Assembly (NCBI GenBank): GCA_965116875.1
Contig: OZ220733.1
Coordinates: 2,560,001-2,624,000, forward strand
Direction of reading: 5' to 3'
Length of the DNA stretch: 64,000 nucleotides
Source of the DNA: Candidatus Latescibacterota bacterium
GTDB lineage: Bacteria; Latescibacterota; UBA2968; GCA-2709665
How positions within the stretch are numbered: the stretch's first letter is position 1; each line of letters starts with the position of its first letter. A program made the position numbers and the translations under genes. The notes under the pieces were generated by a model. It worked only from the letters and a program-made list of their open reading frames with translations. It made no database searches and was not told the origin of the DNA. Shown here in pieces: positions 29,701-37,954 of this stretch.

Positions 29701-30578
29701 CAGGATCCTGGGACCGCACCGTCAAGCTGTGGGACATACGGACCCGGGAACTGATGGGTACCCTGGAAGGGAATCTGGATCTAGTCACGGCAGTCGCTTT
29801 TTCGACGGACGGGAGCGAGCTGGCGTCAGGGGAGCGAGATGGGACGGTGACATTGTGGGACACGGCGAAGAGGAGCCGGATCTCCGTCTTAGAAGGGCAT
29901 GCGGATCGTGTCGCATCGGTTTCGTTCTCTCCGGACGGCGCCGCCCTTGCATCAGGTTCTTGGGATCGCACCGTCAAGCTGTGGGACCTGAGAACGCGAG
30001 AACTGGTGGAAACTCTGGAAGGTCACACGGGTTCAGTGCATTCGGTGGCGTTTTCGTCCGATGGGAAGACGCTGGCGTCGGGGGCGGGCGATGGAGACGG
30101 TACCGTGCGAATGTGGGACGCACGCACGAAAACCCATATCGCCACGCTGAAAAACCCGTTCGCGGTCCATTCGGTGGCATTTTCTGCCGACGGAGGAGTT
30201 CTTGCTTCGGGCACCTGGTTTTCCGTGATGCTGTGGGACGTGGAGACACGGGGACAGATCACCAAACTGAGCGGGCACACGGGCCTTGTCCATTCCCTGG
30301 CGTTTTCAGATGACGGCGACGTCCTGGCATCGGGCGCATCGGATGGTACAGTGCTGCTATGGGATATCTTCCGCTACATCGCACCATCTGTCGCCAATCC
30401 GGACTTCGACGGTGACGGGACCGTAGGCTTTGGTGATTTCGTGCAGTTTGCCGGGAAGTTCGGTCTGAGTCAGGGAGACGCGGGGTATGAAAAACGCTTC
30501 GATCTGGACGGAAACGGTACCATCGGGTTCAGCGACTTTGTCGCTTTCGCCGCCGACTTCGGCCAGAGCTCGAACTGA
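26748..30578 (+). CDS. Secreted M60-family zinc peptidase + Ig-like (Big_1) + WD40 repeats + C-terminal dockerin-like domain
   Basis: WHSTGLYAAPGE, FGGLIY, PWAE, WGMFHEVGHNHQ...LEVVVN; many GH...SVSFSPDG...LASGSWDRTVKLWD repeats; PDFDGDGTVGFGDF...FDLDGNGTIGFSDF. Confidence 0.92.
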   Translation: MSARLSSFFFSSVLLTLLFTPEGFEAVETVPTTASLRAQVDPSESRWPSAERPMGRSEAAARRAVMQFVQDHLRTLPESVRAHPAAADFPGSVPANAPRITRTLNIDTTEPVGHLTSPYSEPHESRWHSTGLYAAPGELVKVTVPSAVASAGRFHVRVGVHKGDISVREEWTRMPIISRRFRVVSVTTLVANAFGGLIYIEVPHKANLGKIAVRIEDAVAAPLFVLGETDPGAWRNEIRHAPGPWAEIAGRNMIVTTPSSEVRGLDDPAAVAETWDRVLDLNTELAAWPSPARLRRERFVVDRQVSHGYMLAGYPILAHLDQQAKLVDVEHLRTEGNWGMFHEVGHNHQSLDWTFDGTLEVVVNLFTLYAYEFLCGVPVTESYYGWIDPRSRAMIARYDYENPNFELWKRQPAMALLMYVQMQEAFGWDAFRQVFTTYRALPDAERPKSDDEKRDQWLVRFSRQVGRNLGPFFEAWGVPTSPTAWASIADLPVWLPSDFPEVTMVSDVAIISGDDQQGVPGKALAQPFVVEVRDQNGNPLSNTVVTFTVTAGEGKLSGRFTSQRARTDVEGRTELFLTLGPFPGRNTVVVSVGGRVGMITAEGVGGGVVELEGDYRTWHLPASATARLGKGAMGEGDRAVALSPDGRTLAVASHVGVWVYDVATTRPRAVLPTVRPAISVAISSNGVLAAGTHHAGVVLWAVATGTKIGTMTHTGYVTSVVFSRDGTRLASGSWEQAIKVWDVESRREVGTWEVQRTNDILYFISVDFSPDGRRLASGFQDGTVRLWDLAAQTEVANLEGHTDRITSVSFSPDGALVASGSGDRTVRLWDVSAQTEVAVLREHAGPVHSVSFSPDGAALASGSWDRTVRLWDVATEDLISIFEEHKDPIYSVTFSPDGAALVSGAADGTVLLRNLETGNAAGFSGHESLISMTQSGDGVTLAMGYRDGTIRLLDAATMARIAALEGHRSGVASVSFSPDGALLASGSWDRTVKLWDIRTRELMGTLEGNLDLVTAVAFSTDGSELASGERDGTVTLWDTAKRSRISVLEGHADRVASVSFSPDGAALASGSWDRTVKLWDLRTRELVETLEGHTGSVHSVAFSSDGKTLASGAGDGDGTVRMWDARTKTHIATLKNPFAVHSVAFSADGGVLASGTWFSVMLWDVETRGQITKLSGHTGLVHSLAFSDDGDVLASGASDGTVLLWDIFRYIAPSVANPDFDGDGTVGFGDFVQFAGKFGLSQGDAGYEKRFDLDGNGTIGFSDFVAFAADFGQSSN

Positions 30579-30604
30579 TCATTGAACGTGACAACCGATG
30601 GCCT

Positions 30605-30715
30605 GTGGTCGGTGGGGGATTTGCCGAGCAGATCCTCAATGGAGAGTGGTTCGGCGGCGAGGGCGGACGTGTCGGAAAGCTCCAGCGATCCTGACGGTGA
30701 CAGGATTCAATTAAG
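30605..30715 (+). pseudogene. Short remnant of an Ig/cadherin-like domain start
   Basis: SVGDLPSRSSMESGSAARADVSESSSDPDGDRIQL resembles AEGSIQDISLPVGGLTEIVSVDGTFRDPDDDGMTY in gene 8457. Confidence 0.35.
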
Positions 30716-30814
30716 GCGGCGGGGCGGGGCACAACCATTGCCATTTAGGTCTTCGCGACGGGAGTGAGAACGTCCCTACGATGCGAACCTTAAAGATAAA
30801 GAAGGAATAAGCGG

Positions 30815-32578
30815 ATGATGATTCCGCTTAGAAGCATGAATTGTGTTGCCGTCCTCGCGCTTCTGGCACTCGTGCGCCCCGCCTCTGTTGACGCGAACTC
30901 AGATGACGAACGTGCGACGTCTCGTCTGATGTCCGTGGACGCGAACGGAGAGGATACCGCGTCAATTCCGGACTTCGACGGCGACGGGATGATCGGTTTC
31001 AGCGACTTCGTGAAATTCGCCGCTAAATACGGCCTGGGACAGGACGACGACGGCTATGACGCCCGGTACGATCTTGATGGTGACGGCGCGGTCGCCTTCT
31101 CCGACCTCCTGATTTTTGCTGAAAACTTCGGCAACGAGGTGCCCTTGCCGGCCGTCATGATCCCCGACGCCAAACTGCGGGTGGTCATCGAGGCTAGCTT
31201 GGGCAAGAGCAGCGGCGCGCCGGTCACACAGGCAGAGATGGCGACCTTGGACAGTCTCGATGGCGACGATGCTGGCATCAGCGCTGTGGCCGGCTTGGAG
31301 ACCGCTGTCAACTTGACCTACCTCAGCCTTAACGGCAACGACATTGCGGACATCTCGGCACTATCAGGCTTGACAAGTCTAAGGGTGCTAATCCTTCGAG
31401 CTAACCGTATATCTGATATTTCGCCATTGGTTGCAAACACGGGATTGCGCAGTGGAGATACGGTCGATTTGCGAGGCAATCAGTTGAGCAGTATGTCTTG
31501 CAATACACTCATTCCAACCCTTCGAAGTAGAGACGTTCGAATAGAATACGACAGTTGCCCACAGAATGTGGTGCGCATCCTCTATGTATCCCCAAGGGAT
31601 CGTCCGTTTCGGACCGTGTACAGTGAGGGAATATCCAAGGCGATCATCCACGTGCAGTCCTGGTTCCGCAATCAGCTTGAGGGACTCACGTTTCAGCTCT
31701 ATAGCGCCACTCCCGAGTGGTGCCAGATGCCCCTCGATTCCCACTACTACAGTCGTGGCCACGCCTGGAAAAAGGTGATGGACGGTGTGCAGCACTGCTT
31801 CCCGGTGGCTTGGAACTCAGATTCTGTGTGGGTTCTGTACGTAGACGTAGACGAAGCATGCGAAGAGTCTCACGAACTTGGAGCAGGCGGCTCCGGAATC
31901 GTAATGGTGCCGGCCTGGGATCTGAGAGGTCTGGCGAACCCGGGGCCATATTACACTTGTGACAAGGGACCCTACAATGGTCCAATTGGCCGGTGGTTCG
32001 GCGGACTTGCACATGAGATTGCCCACGCGGTCGGTGTTCCACATCCGCCGGGTTGCGATGCGGGGCTTGCGACCTGCGATTCTAAGGCACTGATGTGGTC
32101 GGGTTATGCCAACTACCCGGTCACCTACTTGCGTTTCGACGAGAAGGAAATCCTGATGCGCTCGCCATTTTTCACGGGAGATGCGATGCCGATGGACCCG
32201 GCCGGCACGAACGAGGGCTTATCGATAGTGCATGGTGTGGTCCTGAGTCCGACCGGCGCTCCCGTTAAAGGGATCCGCATCTCGTTGGTGGCCGATTCCT
32301 TCTGGAACTGGGGGGAGGCAGGGCAAAACGGGACTTTTCGGATTGGCGTTCCCAATGAAGCGTCTGGTCCGTTCGTGGTGTCTGTCCACGGTGGGCAAGC
32401 CGCCAGTTGCCACTGGCTTGGGTACCACGGCCCTGGCGGGCTGACCTCACAGCGCGAAGACGCGACACAATTCGCGATTCGTGCGACGACGGGGATCGAG
32501 GTCAGGCTGCCGTTGATGCCCGATGTGTTGTGCGGTCGGGACAGGACGATAAGCGGAACCGTACGCGGACCGGACTGA
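30815..32578 (+). CDS. Secreted protein: N-terminal dockerin-like, short internalin-type LRR, metzincin peptidase, carboxypeptidase-regulatory-like domain
   Basis: IPDFDGDGMIGFSDF; IPDAKLR cap; HEIAHAVGVPH...ALM; VHGVVLSPTGAPVKGI. Confidence 0.85.
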   Translation: MMIPLRSMNCVAVLALLALVRPASVDANSDDERATSRLMSVDANGEDTASIPDFDGDGMIGFSDFVKFAAKYGLGQDDDGYDARYDLDGDGAVAFSDLLIFAENFGNEVPLPAVMIPDAKLRVVIEASLGKSSGAPVTQAEMATLDSLDGDDAGISAVAGLETAVNLTYLSLNGNDIADISALSGLTSLRVLILRANRISDISPLVANTGLRSGDTVDLRGNQLSSMSCNTLIPTLRSRDVRIEYDSCPQNVVRILYVSPRDRPFRTVYSEGISKAIIHVQSWFRNQLEGLTFQLYSATPEWCQMPLDSHYYSRGHAWKKVMDGVQHCFPVAWNSDSVWVLYVDVDEACEESHELGAGGSGIVMVPAWDLRGLANPGPYYTCDKGPYNGPIGRWFGGLAHEIAHAVGVPHPPGCDAGLATCDSKALMWSGYANYPVTYLRFDEKEILMRSPFFTGDAMPMDPAGTNEGLSIVHGVVLSPTGAPVKGIRISLVADSFWNWGEAGQNGTFRIGVPNEASGPFVVSVHGGQAASCHWLGYHGPGGLTSQREDATQFAIRATTGIEVRLPLMPDVLCGRDRTISGTVRGPD

Positions 32579-32843
32579 CGACTCGTCTGAGCAGTCGCGG
32601 CTCAAATGTTCAGCGAGGTGCGGCTCACCTCACAGGACGGGACCTTTGAGCTTGCCCTGCCTGAGCGAGCTAGCCGGACTTCGGTGCGTAAAACGATTCT
32701 CCGCCGCTGCTTGCTCGAGAACTACCTCACGGGGGGCGCCGCTGGCGGAGAGTGGTGCCGTCTATTGAGATTGGCCAGGTGGATCTGACAGGAAACGAAT
32801 TCAGGCTTGCGGTTAGCCCGGATGACTGTCAGTCCGAATTGAC
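32579..32843 (+). pseudogene. Disrupted second copy of the C-terminal repeat of gene 30815
   Basis: Gene stops at ISGTVRGPD, the start of a new repeat; downstream frames give TSQDGTFELALP and VDLTGNEFRLAVSPDDC, matching AGQNGTFRIGVP and ATTGIEVRLPLMPDVLC. Confidence 0.6.
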
Positions 32844-33195
32844 TGTGGCGCCAGTAAAGAAGGGAATGAACGCTTTAGGGTCTTCCCGTTTCCACCCGCA
32901 ATGACAAGGGCCGATTGCGATGGCATTCTGGCGACACGTCAACTTCGGTTTCGATAATCGCCTGTATGTACGGCCTGGCGTCTTTATCGACCTTCAGCAA
33001 GTCATTCACGGCGAGAGTTGGTAGAAATTCGACCACGTATCGCAGAAACCGGATACCGGGACAAATCCAGGACATCCGGACAAACCTTAGGACCTGATTT
33101 CGGTGTTCCGTCGAGGGTTTTCTTGTGGACCGGCTGCAGGATTGCAGATTTCGGAATGCCGGTGCGCCGCTCAGGTAACAAAAAAGGAGGCAGCT

Positions 33196-34005
33196 ATGTG
33201 GACTCGCGTTTTTACATCCATTTGTACCGCGTTTGTGTTGTGCGGGCCGGCACTTTCCGGAGAGATGACCCGTGGATTGACCATTACCGGAGGCCGGAAC
33301 GCCGGGGCTTCGCTGAAACTGGAACGCGCGAACGAACCGGGCGACGAAAGCGGCATTCTGAAAATGCTCGTGTCGGTGGAGCAGACCAATGATCTGAAGG
33401 GATACGGGTTTTCGCTGCAATTCGATCCCGTGAAGTACGAGTTCGTTCGTGCCACGGAACTCGACGGCAGCGTGCTGAAATCCGGTTCCGGACAGGAGAC
33501 GCTGTTCCTTTCGTCGAACCGAACGCCGGGGCAGGTGGATATCGGCGCGGTGAAGATCGACGGCCGGGCCGCCGGCGGCGACGGGAAACTCGTCGAACTC
33601 GTATTCAGGACGGGCGGGACGCCGTTGTCTTCCGACTTTCAGGTATCCGAATCCGTCCTTTTGGGCATGGATGGCGCCGTCGACGTGCTGCATCACGCCG
33701 AAATCGGCGATCTGAAGCCGCTGCCGGATCGCTTCAATCTGGAGCAGAATACGCCCAACCCGTTCAACCCCTCCACCGTAATCGGATACCAGTTGCCGGA
33801 GTCGGGTATGGTCCGGCTGGCGGTTTATAATCTGATCGGCCAGGAGGTGCGCGTACTGGTGAACGAACGCAGAAACGCGGGGTCGTTTACGGCGACGTGG
33901 GACGGGGCGGACGCGTTGGGCCGGCGCGTCGCCAGCGGCGTCTATCTGTATCGGATACAGGCGGGCAGTTTCTCGGCCACCAAAAGGATGCTGTTGTTGA
34001 AGTAG
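33196..34005 (+). CDS. Secreted cohesin-like domain + FlgD-Ig/T9SS type A-like C-terminal sorting domain (candidate adaptor/anchor)
   Basis: SD AAGGAGG before ATG 33196; signal peptide; LKGYGFSLQFDPVKYEFV...GDGKLVELVFR; LEQNTPNPFNPSTVIGYQLP...VYNLIGQEVR...WDGAD...VASGVYLYRI...KRMLLLK. Confidence 0.88.
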   Translation: MWTRVFTSICTAFVLCGPALSGEMTRGLTITGGRNAGASLKLERANEPGDESGILKMLVSVEQTNDLKGYGFSLQFDPVKYEFVRATELDGSVLKSGSGQETLFLSSNRTPGQVDIGAVKIDGRAAGGDGKLVELVFRTGGTPLSSDFQVSESVLLGMDGAVDVLHHAEIGDLKPLPDRFNLEQNTPNPFNPSTVIGYQLPESGMVRLAVYNLIGQEVRVLVNERRNAGSFTATWDGADALGRRVASGVYLYRIQAGSFSATKRMLLLK

Positions 34006-34158
34006 ATCCGGAGAGGAATGCCGCCATCTGGCGGTCGCGCAGGAACGTCTCGACTGCGACAGGCATCGGCAGAGTTTATGTCGCGCAAGAGGGGCCTGTT
34101 TTGAAGGCTGACCGCGCCGCAGGCTTATGATCCAAACGGATACAAGGGAGGACTTGCC

Positions 34159-35586
34159 ATGAATCCTGTATCTCGCGTGTTGTTGATTGCGGTTGTCGGC
34201 CTCTCCGTGTTAACAGGCGCAGTCTTCGTCGTGTCCAGCGAAGACGGGGTCTCGTCTCTTGCCCCTATTGCCGGTGGCGAGTTGGCTACCGGCGTGGATA
34301 GTGACTCCGTCGAGGGTATGTTGACGGAATACGCCGCGAAAACCGCCCTGGGCAACAACGCAAACGCGATTTTGTCGGTGGACCTGATCGCCGATGGCGG
34401 GGCAGGCAACCGGAGGGACGATGGGGTGACCACGGGCGCCGTGTCGGGACGCGGCACGAAAATCGCCCTGGAAGTCTTCGCCACGGGGGTTGCGACCACT
34501 CTGCGCGGCGTCATCCTCAAATTCGACTTCGACGCCTCTCTCGTGTCTTTCGTCAAAGCCGAAAACACCGCGTTTGCCCTTTCGCTGCCCGAGGGATCCA
34601 TCGGCGCAGCCCTCGCCGCCACTTCGCCCGCGACACTGGCGTCTTCGGGATTCCTGGCGCGCGCGGAGTTCGAGACGGTGGCAGACGTAACGGGCAGGGC
34701 GTTTTCCATCGGCATCGAGTCTGTCACACTCGCCGAAAACTCGACGTCCAGCGACGTACTCAGGACAAGCAGTGAGATCTCGTTCAACACCGCGCCGTCC
34801 CCTGACTTCGACGGCGACGGGACCGTTGGTTTTTCAGACTTTCTGACTTTCGCGGGCGCGTTCGGGTCGAGTCAGGGCGATGGGAAGTACAATACCGCGC
34901 AGGACCTGAATTCCGATGGTTCGATTGATTTTACGGATTTTCTCATCTTTGCCGGCGATTTCGGCAGTCAGGTCCCGCCCTACGGCGGCGGGGGAACAAC
35001 GACGCCACCGTCCGGCAACCCCGATCTGATCGTTGAATCCCCTTCGGTAGACGACGATACATTGACAACCGGGCAGTCGTTTACGCTGAACGCCACGGTG
35101 CGCAATCAGGGCAACACTTCGGCAGCGGCCACGACCCTGCGGTATTATCGCTCGTCCAACGCGACGATTTCAACGGATGACACGGAAGTGGGCACGGACG
35201 CCGTGAGCAGGTTGTCGGCGGCGGCTACCAGAGCCGAGTCGATCAGCCTGAATGCGCCGTCGGATGCCGGGATCTACTACTACGGAGCATGCGTTGACGG
35301 CGTCAGCGACGAGAGCAATACGGGCAACAACTGCTCGTCCGGCGTAAGCGTCACCGTCAGCGGAGGTGGCGGCGGTACCGCCAACCTGGGCGCCTGCCGC
35401 GTCGGGTTGGTCGTGCGGCCCAATCAGAGCTGTACCGTCAGCGGTGGGTCGTTCAGAAATATCGGCGGCGGATGTTACAACTATACGCCGTTCGGTTCCG
35501 GCAGGATTTGCAGCGCGAGTTTCAACCTGAACGGATTACAGGGCTCCCGTGCCGGCGATGATTTTCGAATCACTGCGGTGCCTTGA
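34159..35586 (+). CDS. Secreted protein: cohesin-like, dockerin-like, CARDB, Cys-rich tip type A
   Basis: SD GGAGG; PDFDGDGTVGFSDF; PDLIVE...ATVRNQG...YYYGACVD...ESNTGNNC; LGACRVGLVVRPNQSCT...FRITAVP. Confidence 0.88.
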   Translation: MNPVSRVLLIAVVGLSVLTGAVFVVSSEDGVSSLAPIAGGELATGVDSDSVEGMLTEYAAKTALGNNANAILSVDLIADGGAGNRRDDGVTTGAVSGRGTKIALEVFATGVATTLRGVILKFDFDASLVSFVKAENTAFALSLPEGSIGAALAATSPATLASSGFLARAEFETVADVTGRAFSIGIESVTLAENSTSSDVLRTSSEISFNTAPSPDFDGDGTVGFSDFLTFAGAFGSSQGDGKYNTAQDLNSDGSIDFTDFLIFAGDFGSQVPPYGGGGTTTPPSGNPDLIVESPSVDDDTLTTGQSFTLNATVRNQGNTSAAATTLRYYRSSNATISTDDTEVGTDAVSRLSAAATRAESISLNAPSDAGIYYYGACVDGVSDESNTGNNCSSGVSVTVSGGGGGTANLGACRVGLVVRPNQSCTVSGGSFRNIGGGCYNYTPFGSGRICSASFNLNGLQGSRAGDDFRITAVP

Positions 35587-35640
35587 TCACCGAGGAACAG
35601 CGGGCAAAACGCCTACGAACAATGGTACCCCGCGGGCTCC

Positions 35641-35686
35641 GGCGGGCAGTTTCTCAGCGACCAGGAGGATGCTGCTGTTTAAGTAG
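35641..35686 (+). pseudogene. 3' remnant of the sorting-domain gene (copy of 33960-34005)
   Basis: Encodes AGSFSATRRMLLFK* versus AGSFSATKRMLLLK*; the following spacer also resembles 34006-34158. Confidence 0.85.
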
Positions 35687-35839
35687 ACTCCGCGGCGAAT
35701 GCCGGCCGCTGGCAGTTGCGCGAGAACGTCTCGACTGCGCCAGGTATCAGTAATGCTTTTTCCGTGCAAGTGGGGGCAGATTTGGTGGCTGTCCTCGCCA
35801 TGGGCCTCTTATCTAAACGGATACAAGGGAGGATTTGCT

Positions 35840-37954
35840 ATGAATCCTGTATTTCGCCTGTTTTTGATTGCGATTGTTGGCCTCTCCGTGTTAACAGGTG
35901 CGGTTCTCGTCGTGTCCAGCGAAGACGGGGTCTCGTCTCTTTCCCTGATCGCCGGCGGTGAGCTGGCCACCGGCGGGGGTGGTGACTCCGCCAAGAATTC
36001 GTTGTCGGAACACGGCGCAAAGATCGCCCTGGGCAACAATGCGAATGCGGTTTTGTCTCTCGACCTGATAGCTGACGGCGGGGCGGGCAACCGGCGGGAC
36101 GACGGCGTGACCACGGGCGCCGTGTCGGGACGCGGCACGACCATCGCTGTTGAGGTATTTGCGACCGGCGTGAGGACGACTCTCGCCGGCGTGAGGATCA
36201 GGTTCGATTTCGACGCTTCCCTGCTGTCGTACGTCAAGGCCGAGAACAGCGCGTTTCCACTTTCGCTTCCGGAGGGGTCCACGGGCGCGAGTCTCGCTTC
36301 CGCGTCGCCCGTGACACTGGCGTCTTCGGGGTTCCTGGTGCGCGCCGAGTTTGAGACGGTCGCGGATGTCTCGGGCCGGGAGTTTTCCATCGGCATCGAG
36401 TCGGTCACCCTCGCCGAGAGTCCGACGTCCAGCGACGTCCTCAATACGAGCAGCGAGATCTCGTTTAACTCCGCGCCGTCACCCGACTTCGACGGCGACG
36501 GGACCGTGGGGTTTCCGGATTTCCTGGCATTCGCCGGCAATTTCGGGTCCAGCCGGGGCGATGCGCGTTATGAAGCGCGGTTCGACCTGGACGGCGACGG
36601 GTCCGTTGCCTTCGCGGATTTTCTCATCTTCGCCGGCGCCTTCGGAAGTCGGGTTCCGCCATCCGGCGGCGGTGGAGGCGGAGGTACGCCGCCGGCAGGT
36701 AACCCCGACTTGATCGTTGAATCTCCCTCGGTCGACGACAATACGCTTACCACCGGGCAGTCGTTTACGCTCAGCGCCACGGTTCGCAATCAGGGCAATG
36801 CTCCGGCAGCGTCCACGACCTTACGGTATCTTCGCTCGTCCAACGTGACGGTCTCGACGGATGACACGGAAGTGGGTACAGACGCTGTGAGTACGCTGTC
36901 GGCGGGGGCTAACAGCCCGGAGTCGATCGTCCTGAATGCGCCATCCTCGGCGGGGACCTACTACTACGGCGCCTGCGTTGACGACGTCAGCGACGAAAGT
37001 GATACGGGGAACAATTGCTCCGGTGGCGTGACGGTAACCGTCGCTCGGGCATCCTCCGGCCTTGCCCCCGCAGACCAGAATGCGTTCAATCGTCTGGCCG
37101 TCGGTAAGCGAATCCTGGCCGAAACGTATTTTGCGGATATCGTGGCCGCCGGGAAATTCACGGAAGGATTCTCAAGAGACGCGGGAAGCTATACATATAC
37201 AAGAAGGGGTGGGGATACCGGCGAGCTCACGCAAATCTACGACGATTCGGAGCTGTTCGGGGGCAGGTGTACAATCGAACTGACGTTTACGTCAACGACC
37301 GCGGGCACTTTGGGTTACACGTGTGCCGACGGCGCCAGCGGCGAAGCGGAGAATTGGAAGCTTTCAGATCTCTCGACTCCGGTTTTTGCACGTGCTTCCG
37401 CGGATACACTGCATTTCGCGATTCTGGATACGTGGCGGGCGGGACAGACCAGAGCTTATGACCTCCAATTGAGGACAAAGACACCTCAAGGGCGTTGGAA
37501 CGACGTATGTGTGACATTCACAAACCGGTCGGACGAATCCATTACCACCTACGTGGGTCCATGGATCTACTCGCCGGACCTGGAGCCGAATACGACCTAC
37601 GAATTCCGTTACCGTTACAGAAACTCGGCTTCCTGCGATACCGGCTCACCCGGTTCCTGGTCGCCAATTGTCGAGGGCACAACCGCGGCCGCTGGGACGG
37701 GTGGCGGCGGGAGCGGAGGTGGCGGAGGAAGTCTTGGCGCTTGCAGGGCCGGGTTGGTCGTGGATCCCGGCGAAACCTGTACTTACAAGGGCAATACCTT
37801 CTCTGTTTCCAGTTCCGGAAGGGGATCCATCGCGTTCTTCAACGCCGGTACCGGTATAGACGCCAGAGGTGCCACCATAAACGGTGTACGGTGGAACTTT
37901 CATGCCACGAAAAACAGTGGCAGCAACAGTTGGACGATTCACGTAGCCGATTAA
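35840..37954 (+). CDS. Secreted protein: cohesin-like, dockerin-like, CARDB, two unknown beta domains, Cys-rich tip type B
   Basis: SD GGAGG before ATG 35840; N-terminus paralogous to 34159; ends LGACRAGLVVDPGETCTYKG...WNFHATKNSGSNSWTIHVAD. Confidence 0.88.
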   Translation: MNPVFRLFLIAIVGLSVLTGAVLVVSSEDGVSSLSLIAGGELATGGGGDSAKNSLSEHGAKIALGNNANAVLSLDLIADGGAGNRRDDGVTTGAVSGRGTTIAVEVFATGVRTTLAGVRIRFDFDASLLSYVKAENSAFPLSLPEGSTGASLASASPVTLASSGFLVRAEFETVADVSGREFSIGIESVTLAESPTSSDVLNTSSEISFNSAPSPDFDGDGTVGFPDFLAFAGNFGSSRGDARYEARFDLDGDGSVAFADFLIFAGAFGSRVPPSGGGGGGGTPPAGNPDLIVESPSVDDNTLTTGQSFTLSATVRNQGNAPAASTTLRYLRSSNVTVSTDDTEVGTDAVSTLSAGANSPESIVLNAPSSAGTYYYGACVDDVSDESDTGNNCSGGVTVTVARASSGLAPADQNAFNRLAVGKRILAETYFADIVAAGKFTEGFSRDAGSYTYTRRGGDTGELTQIYDDSELFGGRCTIELTFTSTTAGTLGYTCADGASGEAENWKLSDLSTPVFARASADTLHFAILDTWRAGQTRAYDLQLRTKTPQGRWNDVCVTFTNRSDESITTYVGPWIYSPDLEPNTTYEFRYRYRNSASCDTGSPGSWSPIVEGTTAAAGTGGGGSGGGGGSLGACRAGLVVDPGETCTYKGNTFSVSSSGRGSIAFFNAGTGIDARGATINGVRWNFHATKNSGSNSWTIHVAD

